Assembly: GCA_945947905.1 (NCBI GenBank)
Contig: CAMEZO010000002.1
Span: forward strand, 1,871-65,870
DNA from: an uncultured bacterium
GTDB lineage: Bacteria > Verrucomicrobiota > Verrucomicrobiia > Verrucomicrobiales > Akkermansiaceae
Direction: 5' to 3'
Length of the DNA stretch: 64,000 bases
Each line of letters starts with the position of its first letter. The first letter of the stretch is position 1. The notes beneath the pieces are model-generated. The model was not told the origin of the DNA. It made no database searches and saw nothing but the letters and a program-made list of their open reading frames with translations. The position numbers and the translations under genes were made by a program. Positions 34,821-43,360 of the stretch are shown here, piece after piece.

Positions 34821-35456
34821 ATGAAAGCCACCGGCAAATCCGACCGCACCAAGGCGCAGATGATGCGCGCCGCCATCCGTGTGTTCACCCGCCTGGGCTA
34901 TGAGGGGGCCACCGTGCGCGATATCGCCGGGGAGGCGGGGGTGAACATCGGGCTCATCCGCTACCACTTCGGGCACAAGGCGGACATCTACCGCGACACC
35001 CTGGCCTATGTCTCCGAGCAGTATAACGAGGTGTGCCTGGGCGCCCTGCACGCCGCCGCCCCGAGCGGTGACCCGGAGGAAATCATCTACGCCTGGCTCG
35101 CCGCCCCCATCATCGGTTGGCAGGATGCTACCGTGGCCACGGGCGAGGAGGTGCTGCGCTTCCTGAACCGCATGGGCTACGAGGACCCCGAGCTGACGCG
35201 CGAGGTGTACGAATCCCACTTCTCCTACGCCGAGCGCGAGTGGCAGGACACCCTGCGCGCCTTCTTCCCCCGCATGACACGCGGGGACTGGCTGTGGTGC
35301 CTCACGGCCCTGCGCGGCATGTACTTCAACGTGGTGGCGCACGATGACTTCACTCTGTGGGGCCTGCCCGCCGTACAAGCCCGCGAAGCCGCCGTCCGCC
35401 GCCTGGCCGGCGACGCCGTAACCCTCCTACGCGCCTACGCCGGCGGGGCAGAGTAG
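34821..35456 (+). CDS. TetR/AcrR family transcriptional regulator
   Basis: AAIRVFTRLGYEGATVRDIAGEAGVNIGLIRYHFGHK helix-turn-helix. Confidence 0.92.
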   Translation: MKATGKSDRTKAQMMRAAIRVFTRLGYEGATVRDIAGEAGVNIGLIRYHFGHKADIYRDTLAYVSEQYNEVCLGALHAAAPSGDPEEIIYAWLAAPIIGWQDATVATGEEVLRFLNRMGYEDPELTREVYESHFSYAEREWQDTLRAFFPRMTRGDWLWCLTALRGMYFNVVAHDDFTLWGLPAVQAREAAVRRLAGDAVTLLRAYAGGAE

Positions 35457-35525
35457 GGGGCAAATGCGCCCGGCGGGAATTTTTGCTGGACAAGTCGTGC
35501 GGTGGGGAGTATACTGGGCACGCGT

Positions 35526-36167
35526 ATGAATCCCCCCGCCATAGCCATAGACGGACCGGCCGCCTCCGGCAAATCCACCGTTGCCAAGTTGATTGCCCGC
35601 GAGCTGGGCTACACCTTCATCAACACCGGCGCCATGTACCGTGCGGTGACTTGGTATGTGCTGCAACAGGGCGTTGACCCCGCCGATACTGCCGCCGTGG
35701 AGGCCCTGCTGGGGGACATCCCGCTCTCCTTCGGCAAGGACGGGGCTGTCTCCACCGTGATGTGCCGCGGGCAGGTGCTGGGCGCGGAGCTGACGGAGCA
35801 GGCCGTGAACGAGCGCGTCTCTGCCGTGGCGGCCATCCCCGCCGTGCGTGAATTGCTGGTGCGCAAGCAGCGGGAGTATAACACCGCCGAGCCCGTGGTG
35901 ATGGAGGGGCGGGACATCGGCACCGTGGTGTTCCCGAACACGCCGTTCAAGTATTTTGTCACCGCCTCGGAGGAGGTGCGCGCCGCCCGCCGCGCCGCCC
36001 AGGGCATCACCGATTCCATCGCCGAGCGCGACCGCAAGGACAGCAGCCGCGCCTGCGCCCCCCTGACCAAGGCCGAGGATGCCACCTTGGTCGATACCTC
36101 GGACATGAGCATTGAGCAGGTGGTGGCCTTCATCACGGCTGATATTCGCGCCAAACTGGCCCGCTGA
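35526..36167 (+). CDS. cmk: Cytidylate kinase
   Basis: IAIDGPAASGKST, NTGAMYRA, VMEGRDIGTVVFP. Confidence 0.96.
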   Translation: MNPPAIAIDGPAASGKSTVAKLIARELGYTFINTGAMYRAVTWYVLQQGVDPADTAAVEALLGDIPLSFGKDGAVSTVMCRGQVLGAELTEQAVNERVSAVAAIPAVRELLVRKQREYNTAEPVVMEGRDIGTVVFPNTPFKYFVTASEEVRAARRAAQGITDSIAERDRKDSSRACAPLTKAEDATLVDTSDMSIEQVVAFITADIRAKLAR

Positions 36168-36187
36168 ACTTTTTTCTATACGATACC

Positions 36188-36820
36188 ATGAACCTTTTGG
36201 ACTCCCCCTTCGGCTACGCGGTCTGCAGCAACCTGATGCGCGGCATTGCCCAATCTCTCTTCTCCCTTAAAGTGATCGGCCGGGAGAAACTCATCGACGA
36301 CGGTCCCTGTGTGGTGGTGGCGAACCACCAGAGCTTTCTGGACCCGCCCATGATCGGCTGCCTGTTTTATAACCCTATCTATTATCTGGCACGCAAGCAG
36401 CTCTTCAACAACCCGCTTTTCGGAGCGCTGATCCGCAGCTGCAACGCCTTCCCCGTGAACCAGGAGGAGGCGGACCCCGGCAGCCTGCTGAAGCTGATGC
36501 GCCTGGTGCGCGGCGGCAACCGGGTGCTGCTCTTCCCGGAGGGCGGTCGCACCCGCACAGGGGATTTCCAAGAGCCGATGAACGGTATCGGTCTCATTCT
36601 CAGCAAACTGGCAACCGTGCCCGTGCAGCCCATCCGCATTCACGGCGCTTATGAGGCCTGGCCCATCCACGGCCGCCTGCGCTTCCGCCCCGTGACCATC
36701 TCGGTGGGCGATCCCATCCCCTTCACCCCGGCGGAGCTGCGTGTGCGCGGTCGCGCGGCCCAGCATGCCTTGGCGCAAAAGGTGATGGCGGCGATACGCG
36801 CGCTGCCCGTCACGGCCTGA
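36188..36820 (+). CDS. plsC: 1-acyl-sn-glycerol-3-phosphate acyltransferase
   Basis: ANHQSFLDP (HX4D) and FPEGGRT motifs. Confidence 0.9.
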   Translation: MNLLDSPFGYAVCSNLMRGIAQSLFSLKVIGREKLIDDGPCVVVANHQSFLDPPMIGCLFYNPIYYLARKQLFNNPLFGALIRSCNAFPVNQEEADPGSLLKLMRLVRGGNRVLLFPEGGRTRTGDFQEPMNGIGLILSKLATVPVQPIRIHGAYEAWPIHGRLRFRPVTISVGDPIPFTPAELRVRGRAAQHALAQKVMAAIRALPVTA

Positions 36821-36822
36821 CC

Positions 36823-37878
36823 ATGCTGAACGTCCTGCGCCTCCGCAGCTTCCGCTGCTACAGCACCCTCCGCTGGGAAATCCCGCCGGAGGGCGCTCTG
36901 CTGGTGGGCGCCAATGCGCAGGGCAAGACGAGCCTGATGGAGGCGCTGTGCCTGGTGCTCACGCTGCACTCCCCGCGTACCAATCGGCCGGACCACTTAG
37001 CGCAGCACGGGGCGGAGAGCTTCGGGATTGTGTTAGAGTCCGATGACTCCACGCGTCGCCTGCTGTGGGAGGAACGCAAGCTGCGCATGAGCCTGGACGG
37101 CATGCCCGTGAACGAGGGCGCGGACTATGTGGCCGATGCGCCGCCCGTGGCTTGGCTGGGGAACCGGGACATCGCCCTGGTGACCGGTCCGGCGGAGGAG
37201 CGGCGGCAGTACCTGGACTTTGTGGGCACGCAGTGGCACCCGGCCTACCGCAACGCCCTGCGCCTCTACCGCCGCGCGCTGAAGGCCCGCAACGCGCTGC
37301 TCCGCAATCCCCGCTGCACCCCCGCCGCGCTGGCGGGCTACGATGAGCAACTGGTGCGCCACGGCTCGCTGATCATGCAGATGCGCAGCCGCCTGCTGGA
37401 GCTGCTGCAGCCGCACATTGCCGCCTGCCATGCGGACATCTGCGGGGAGCGCCGCGAGCCCGTGGGCCTGGCCTACATGCCCTCCGCCGCGCAGCCCCTG
37501 CGGGAGGCTCTGGCCGCCGCTGCGGAGGCCGATGCGCGCGTGGGCTACACCACCGTGGGCCCGCATCGGGATGACTTTGCCCTGACCATCCACGGCGCTG
37601 CTGCCGCCGATTTCGCTTCCGAGGGCCAGCAGCGCACTCTCGCCACCGCCCTGGTGCTCGCCCAGGCCTACCTACTGCAGGTGGAGACCGGCCGCGCCCC
37701 TCTGCTGCTCATCGATGACATCTTCGGCGAGCTGGATCCCCCCCGCCGCCGCGCCTTGCTCCGCTCCCTCCCCGCAGAGTCACAGGTGATTATCACCACC
37801 ACCCACCTCGACTGGCTGGGCCGCGAAACCCCGCCCCTCCCCGTCCAACACCTCCGCCCCGGCGGGATTATGGTTTAG
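36823..37878 (+). CDS. recF: DNA replication/repair protein RecF
   Basis: FRCY, GANAQGKTS, ERRQYLD, TVGPHRDD, SEGQQR, LLLIDDIFGELD. Confidence 0.95.
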   Translation: MLNVLRLRSFRCYSTLRWEIPPEGALLVGANAQGKTSLMEALCLVLTLHSPRTNRPDHLAQHGAESFGIVLESDDSTRRLLWEERKLRMSLDGMPVNEGADYVADAPPVAWLGNRDIALVTGPAEERRQYLDFVGTQWHPAYRNALRLYRRALKARNALLRNPRCTPAALAGYDEQLVRHGSLIMQMRSRLLELLQPHIAACHADICGERREPVGLAYMPSAAQPLREALAAAAEADARVGYTTVGPHRDDFALTIHGAAAADFASEGQQRTLATALVLAQAYLLQVETGRAPLLLIDDIFGELDPPRRRALLRSLPAESQVIITTTHLDWLGRETPPLPVQHLRPGGIMV

Positions 37879-38507
37879 GGGTGGCCTTTGAGGTCTTGGA
37901 AAACTGCGCGGAGGGCGGCGGGATTCTTGCGACCGGGGGAGAGCTCCACGCCGCTGTTGAGGTCGATGCCGTCCGGGTGGCAGAGGGAGAGGAGACGGGG
38001 AAGATTGGCGGGAGAAAGACCGCCGGCGAGGAACCAAGGGTGCGGGAAACGGAGGCGGTCGAGTGCGGTAACATCAAGGCAGCGACCCAAGCCGCCGGAA
38101 GCTGCGGCGCTGCCGGCATCCAACAGGTAATAGGCACAGAACGGGGCCCACGCGTCAATCTGCGCTTGCAGAGTCTCGGGGGATGTCTTCTCCGGCCAGA
38201 GAACGCGGATGATGCGCTCCGGCCCCAGAGCGGCGGCGTCCTGCGTGCTGTAGGGGCCGTGCAGCTGTAACAGGTCCAGACGAGCGGTGCGGGCGATCTC
38301 CGCTATCTCCCGCACCTCGGTTCGCACGAAAACGCCCACGCGTCGGCAGGGGCCGCTTGGGATGGCCGCCGCCTGTTGTGGCGTTACGAAACGAGGGCTG
38401 GAGGGGTGGAAGATGAAGCCCAGCAAATCCGCCCCGCAAGCCGCTGCCACAGCGGCGTCCTCGGCGTTGGTCTGCCCGCAGACTTTCACCAGGAGATGTA
38501 GGCTCAT
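37875..38507 (-). CDS. trpF: Phosphoribosylanthranilate isomerase
   Basis: VKVCGQT, GFIFHPSSPR, LQLHG, LAGGLSP, DLNSGVE. Confidence 0.93.
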   Translation of the reverse strand: MSLHLLVKVCGQTNAEDAAVAAACGADLLGFIFHPSSPRFVTPQQAAAIPSGPCRRVGVFVRTEVREIAEIARTARLDLLQLHGPYSTQDAAALGPERIIRVLWPEKTSPETLQAQIDAWAPFCAYYLLDAGSAAASGGLGRCLDVTALDRLRFPHPWFLAGGLSPANLPRLLSLCHPDGIDLNSGVELSPGRKNPAALRAVFQDLKGHP

Positions 38508-39271
38508 GGCAACAATAGGTGATGCAGCATCTCATCCGGCGCAGGACTGCGCATGAGGGCCGTGCCGATCAGCGCTGCCCGAAAGCCCGCTGCTCCCGCC
38601 TGCTGCAAATGTTCGCGCGCGCTCATGGCACTGGCTGCTATGCAGCATTCCCCGGGCAGGCAGTGCGCCGCCATCCGCAGGCAGGCCTCGCGGTCCGTGC
38701 GAAAGGTCTCGAGGTTGCGGGCGTTGATTTGCAGGATACGCGCCCCCGACTCCCGAGCGAGGTCCAGCTCGGCCTCGGTAAACACTTCCACCACGGCATG
38801 AATTCCCTGTGATTCCGCTAACAAACGCAGATCGCGCAACTGAGCGGCATCCGGGGTGAGGGCCACGATGAGCAGCAGGGCCGAGGCAGGCGTGGCGAAG
38901 GTCTCGCGCACCTGCAACTCGTGGAAGATGAAGTCCTTGCGAAGCAAAGGCAGCCCCACCCCCGCCGCCGCTGTCAGGTCTGCGGTGCTGCCGCAGAAGT
39001 AGCACTGCTCGGTCAGCACGCTCATGCAGGTAGCCCCGCCGGAGGCGTACAAACGAGCGGCCTCCTGCGGGGTGCGAGTGTTGTTAATCACACCCTCGGA
39101 AGGCGAGCTTCGCTTGAACTCCGCAATGACGTGCAGCGGGGCCCCGGCGCGGGGAGCGGCCCGCAGTGCGGCCTCGAAATCCGGGCGCGGGGCCGCCAAC
39201 GGAGCCGGCATGACGCGACGCAGGGCAGCCAGCTCTTCCTGCTTGGCATCGATGAAGCGTTGCAGGTTCAT
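38504..39271 (-). CDS. trpC: Indole-3-glycerol phosphate synthase
   Basis: IAEFKRSSPSEG, SVLTE, LLRKDFI, INARNL. Confidence 0.95.
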   Translation of the reverse strand: MNLQRFIDAKQEELAALRRVMPAPLAAPRPDFEAALRAAPRAGAPLHVIAEFKRSSPSEGVINNTRTPQEAARLYASGGATCMSVLTEQCYFCGSTADLTAAAGVGLPLLRKDFIFHELQVRETFATPASALLLIVALTPDAAQLRDLRLLAESQGIHAVVEVFTEAELDLARESGARILQINARNLETFRTDREACLRMAAHCLPGECCIAASAMSAREHLQQAGAAGFRAALIGTALMRSPAPDEMLHHLLLP

Positions 39272-40281
39272 AACTCCGCAAAATGTTGCAGCACGGGCAG
39301 AGCCACGGCATCCGCTACAGCGCGACGAGCCTTATCGGCGCAGTCCCTGAGGCTTGTCTCAGGCTCCAACAAATGGAGTGCTGTCGCTGCATTCAGAACC
39401 ACCATGTCCCGCATGGCCGGCGACCCCTCCCCGTGCAGCAGGTCGCGCACCGCTGCGCGCGCTTCCTCGGTGGTCGACACGGTCAGGGCAGCCTCGCCGC
39501 CGGCGGGCGGGGTGAATCCCAACTCGGCGGGGTCGAAGTCCGCTTTTCGCACCTTCCCGTTCTCTACCAAACGAGCCTGAACGGGCCCGAAAGTCGTGGC
39601 CTCATCGTAGCCGCCCGCTCCGTGCAGCACCAGGGCGCGCCGGTAGCCGCAGCGTGCGAGCACCGCCGCGATGCTGTCCAACATGGAGGGCTTGGCCACG
39701 CCCATCATCAGGAAATCTGGGCGCGCAGGGTTGATCATGGGCCCCAGGACATTGAAGAGGGTCCGCACGCCGAGTTGTTTGCGAATCGGCACAATGGCAC
39801 GGAAACCGGGGTGGAAGTTCGGGGCCAGACAGAACGCGAAGCCGGTCTTCTCCATACTGCGCCGCACGCCCTCGGCATCCAACCCAAGGGGATAGCCCAC
39901 GGACTCCAGCGCATCCGCCGCGCCCGAGGTGGAGGAAACGGCGCGGTTGCCGTGCTTGCATACCTTATAACCCAGTCCCGCCACGATGAGCGCGGTCACC
40001 GTGGAGCAGTTGAAGCTGTTTTTGCCGTCGCCGCCCGTGCCGACGATGTCGATGCAGCCCGCAGGCAGCCCCTTCACCGGCACCGCGCGGCTCAGACAAC
40101 TCTGCACGGCGGCTGTCAATTCGGTAGGCGTCTCACCCTTCACGCGAAGCAGGAGCAGGAAGGCCCCCGCCACCGCCGGCGGCAACTTGCCGTCCATCAG
40201 CTCCGCCATGCCGTAGGTGGCTTCCTCTGCCGTCAGGTCGATGCCCTCGGCCAGTTTGTCGATAATTGCAGTGATGTTCAT
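39268..40281 (-). CDS. trpD: Anthranilate phosphoribosyltransferase
   Basis: DIVGTGGDG, KHGNRAVSSTSGAAD, RTLFNVLGP, GYDE. Confidence 0.96.
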   Translation of the reverse strand: MNITAIIDKLAEGIDLTAEEATYGMAELMDGKLPPAVAGAFLLLLRVKGETPTELTAAVQSCLSRAVPVKGLPAGCIDIVGTGGDGKNSFNCSTVTALIVAGLGYKVCKHGNRAVSSTSGAADALESVGYPLGLDAEGVRRSMEKTGFAFCLAPNFHPGFRAIVPIRKQLGVRTLFNVLGPMINPARPDFLMMGVAKPSMLDSIAAVLARCGYRRALVLHGAGGYDEATTFGPVQARLVENGKVRKADFDPAELGFTPPAGGEAALTVSTTEEARAAVRDLLHGEGSPAMRDMVVLNAATALHLLEPETSLRDCADKARRAVADAVALPVLQHFAEL

Positions 40282-40284
40282 GTT

Positions 40285-40857
40285 TCAGAGAATGTTTTTC
40301 GGAAAATTAGCAATCAAATCCAGCCCGTTTTCGGTCAGAATGGACTCCGGGTGATACTGCACGCCCACCCAGGGGCGATCGCGGAAGCGCATGCTCATCA
40401 CCTCCCCGTCCTCGTCCCGGGCGGTCACCTCCAGCAGCGGATGGTCCTCCGGCACCTTCACCACGAGCGAATGATAACGCCCGATGGTCATCGGCGACGG
40501 AATACCCGCATACAGCCCCGTCCCGGGGTGCTCGATGCTGCTGGTCTTACCGTGCATCACCCGCGGCCCCCGCACCACGGGACAGCCCGCAAAGGCGCCG
40601 AGGCACTGGTGTCCCAGGCACACCCCCAGCACGGGGATATGCTTCGGCAGCCGCGCCAGGAACTCAAGGCAGTACCCGGCGTGCTCCGGGTTACTCGGCC
40701 CCGGGGAAAGCACCACGGCCTCCGGCTCCGGCGAGGTAGCCAGCCCCGGCACGCGTGGGTCATCATTGGTCAGCACCGTGGGCTTGCGTCCCGTGCGGAT
40801 GAAATACTGTACGATGTTATAGGAGAAAGAATCGTAATTGTCGATAAATAAAAACAT
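40285..40857 (-). CDS. trpG: Anthranilate synthase component II (glutamine amidotransferase)
   Basis: IDNYDSFSYN, SPGP, LGVCLGHQ, RYHSL, VQYHPES. Confidence 0.95.
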   Translation of the reverse strand: MFLFIDNYDSFSYNIVQYFIRTGRKPTVLTNDDPRVPGLATSPEPEAVVLSPGPSNPEHAGYCLEFLARLPKHIPVLGVCLGHQCLGAFAGCPVVRGPRVMHGKTSSIEHPGTGLYAGIPSPMTIGRYHSLVVKVPEDHPLLEVTARDEDGEVMSMRFRDRPWVGVQYHPESILTENGLDLIANFPKNIL

Positions 40858-40869
40858 GGCGTAAAAAGG

Positions 40870-42261
40870 TTAGATATGATCCTCGGCGAGAATAGCATCC
40901 ACGATGCGCCCCTTGTTGCGGCACTCGAGCCACTCCTGCTCCGGTACAGAGTCATAGACCAGCCCGGCTCCCGTCTGCCAGTAGAGGCGGCCATCGCGCT
41001 TCCAGAGCGAGCGGATGGTGATACCGGTGTCCAAATGCACGGCATCTTTATCCAGCCCGAACCAGCCGATGCAGCCGGCGTAGGGCCCGCGGGGCACTTC
41101 CTCGATCTCGTGGATAATCTGCATGGCCCGCACCTTGGGGGCGCCGCTCACCGTGCCGGCGGGAAAGGTCGAGGCGAGCAGGTCCCAGCCGTCGTACTCG
41201 GGGGAGAGGTCGGCAGAGATGCGGCTGGTCATGTGCATCACATGCGAGAAGCGCTCTACGTCCATCAGCCGCTCCACCTTTACGCTGCCGCCCTGTGCCA
41301 CGCGCCCCAAGTCGTTGCGGCCCAGGTCCACCAGCATCACATGCTCGGCGCGCTCCTTGGGGCTGGCGGTCATCTCCGCCGCCAGGGCGAGGTCTTCCGC
41401 TTCATCCCGCCCGCGGCGTCGGGTGCCGGCAATGGGGGAGAGCAGCAGGCGGTTGTCCGTGCAGCGCACCATCACCTCCGGCGAGGCCCCGAGCAGCTCC
41501 AGGTCATCGAAGGCCATGCAGAACATGTAGGGCGAGGGATTCAGGCGGCGCAGGCGGCGGTAGAGGGTGAAGGCGTCGCCCTCGAACTCGGTGCTGCACT
41601 GCGAGGCGCCTACCACCTGAATGGCCTCGCCCTCGTGCAGCATGGTGCGCACCTTCTCCACGCAGCGGCAGTAGGCCTCGGCAGAGGGTCGGTAGCTCAC
41701 CTCCCCCGTGCGGCAGGGCGTGGGGTGCGTATCGCGCAGCGGCGGCAGGCAATCCAGACGCCTCGGGGTGCCGATGCTGAGGTGGTAGAGGCGGTTGTAC
41801 AGGTGGTCGAAGAGGGCAATGGTAGCAGGCAGCACCAGTCGGCACTCTGCGGAGGCGGGGTCGATGGTCTCGGCCATTTTCGGCTGAAACACCGCCACCA
41901 TCTCGTAGCCCCAGTAGCCGTACAGCGCGCGGGTGATAGGCGGCAGCCCCGGTTTGTCCTGCACCAGGTTCAGCATGGCGGTGGCGGCGCGCATCCCTGC
42001 GATGTAGGGCATGCCGTCGCAGGCCTTCAGCGGCTCCAGCTCCGGACTGTGCGTCTGCACCGCCAGTCTCCCGCCGCGGCAGGAGAACTCGGCCAGGAAG
42101 TCCGTGGCGATCACGCTGTACCGTCCCCGGCGTCCGTCCACCTCCGCGCTTTCCAGCAGCAGGGCGTTCGGATTCGCCTGCCGCAGTTGCATGAAGAGCC
42201 GGATCGGGGTCTGCGTGTCGCCGTCCGGCACGGTATCGCATTGCTGATGTAATTGAATCAT
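40870..42261 (-). CDS. trpE: Anthranilate synthase component I
   Basis: LLESAE, NPSPYM, GASPE, PIAGTRRRG, AEHVMLVDLGRND, FPAGTVSGAPK. Start ATG 42261. Confidence 0.95.
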   Translation of the reverse strand: MIQLHQQCDTVPDGDTQTPIRLFMQLRQANPNALLLESAEVDGRRGRYSVIATDFLAEFSCRGGRLAVQTHSPELEPLKACDGMPYIAGMRAATAMLNLVQDKPGLPPITRALYGYWGYEMVAVFQPKMAETIDPASAECRLVLPATIALFDHLYNRLYHLSIGTPRRLDCLPPLRDTHPTPCRTGEVSYRPSAEAYCRCVEKVRTMLHEGEAIQVVGASQCSTEFEGDAFTLYRRLRRLNPSPYMFCMAFDDLELLGASPEVMVRCTDNRLLLSPIAGTRRRGRDEAEDLALAAEMTASPKERAEHVMLVDLGRNDLGRVAQGGSVKVERLMDVERFSHVMHMTSRISADLSPEYDGWDLLASTFPAGTVSGAPKVRAMQIIHEIEEVPRGPYAGCIGWFGLDKDAVHLDTGITIRSLWKRDGRLYWQTGAGLVYDSVPEQEWLECRNKGRIVDAILAEDHI

Positions 42262-42295
42262 ATAGTTTGAATAGGAATTAGAAAAAGGGAGAAAT

Positions 42296-42330
42296 AAAAA
42301 AGCCTCGGCATCCGTTCGGGAAGCCAAGGC
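42296..42330 (-). terminator. trp attenuator terminator
   Basis: GCCTTGGC-TTCCCGAACGGAT-GCCGAGGC-TTTTTT between the leader peptide and trpE. Confidence 0.85.
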
Positions 42331-42377
42331 AACCGACAGCCGTTCGCTGTTCTTGTCACTCAGAAAAGAACTTCCCG

Positions 42378-42455
42378 TTACCACCATGTGCTGCGCCAAA
42401 GCCAAGCTCCCATCTGCTCGGCTGCCTTATCGCGCGTGTGGTTCAAGAAAGTCAT
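42378..42455 (-). CDS. trpL: trp operon leader peptide (25 aa, 4 Trp)
   Basis: MTFLNHTRDKAAEQMGAWLWRSTWW*. Promoter TTGCAA-16-TAAAAT ends 7 nt before this ATG; alternative start at 42464. Confidence 0.85.
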   Translation of the reverse strand: MTFLNHTRDKAAEQMGAWLWRSTWW

Positions 42456-42587
42456 CGCCGTCATTTTAGTCCTCTTCCCCGCCATTGCAAGAAAAAAATG
42501 CGGCAGCGAGGTGATTTTTTTGCCCTGAGGGTGCTTTATCGTCTTATCATTCATTCGGTACAAGAGTTTTTTCTCCCCTTGAGAACG

Positions 42588-42621
42588 AAAAGACCGCCCT
42601 TCCGGTGGGGAAGGACGGCCT
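42588..42621 (-). terminator. Intrinsic terminator of the AP2-like gene
   Basis: AGGCCGTCCTTCC-ccacc-GGAAGGGCGGTCT then TTT on the minus strand. Confidence 0.75.
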
Positions 42622-42644
42622 CAAAAACGATGTGTCAATGAATA

Positions 42645-43046
42645 TTAGGCCTGGGGCTCCTCGGCGGGAGCGGCAGATGCCTCGGCGGCCTTAACGGCCT
42701 CCTCCTGCTTGAGGAGCTTGCGACGCTTGCGCATGTAAGCGGCGCGCTTGGGGTTCTTGACGGGGCGCTTGACCTTGGTCTCACGCTGCCACTTGCGAAG
42801 GCAACGACCGACGTTGTCCGTGTTAGCCAAGTCGGCCAAGATGGCGTCGCGCATGGCAACGGCAGCGCGAAGGCTCTCCACGGGGGAGTTGTCGTGCATG
42901 CTGTCAGCCACGTAACGGATGAACTGGTATCCCCGGCGGGAGATACAAACGCGCCAGCCGTGGAAGTACTTGCCCTCCGTCTCGTACCGAGTCAGGTTGC
43001 GAAGCGTGGTTCCGGGGGGCAGGCTTGTCAGGTATTGTTCGTTCAT
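42645..43046 (-). CDS. AP2-like DNA-binding domain protein with basic tail
   Basis: GWRVCISRRG...RYVAD...SLRAAVAMRD resembles bacterial AP2 domains; Lys/Arg-rich C-terminus. Start taken at ATG 43046. Confidence 0.55.
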   Translation of the reverse strand: MNEQYLTSLPPGTTLRNLTRYETEGKYFHGWRVCISRRGYQFIRYVADSMHDNSPVESLRAAVAMRDAILADLANTDNVGRCLRKWQRETKVKRPVKNPKRAAYMRKRRKLLKQEEAVKAAEASAAPAEEPQA

Positions 43047-43360
43047 GATGTATGTTTGTTGTGTGGAAGAAACATGATTTGCACAGATCAACGTAAGTTG
43101 TTGACCCAAGGAGAAAGCCGTTCTACTTCGTGCAAAAGCATACCCTTATAATAACGATAAAATTTTGAATGTCAACGAAGAAAATGCGTGCTGTCGCAAT
43201 TTTTTTCGTTTTTTTGCCTCTCTGAGCCGTTATTATAATGTACCCCTATGAGAAATTGGCCCGTTTCGACCGAAAAAAGGGCCGTTTCGGGTGCAAAGCG
43301 GGAATACTCCCGTCATTTGACACGCAAAACGGCCCGAAACGGAGTGCGTTATTTCCTTAC

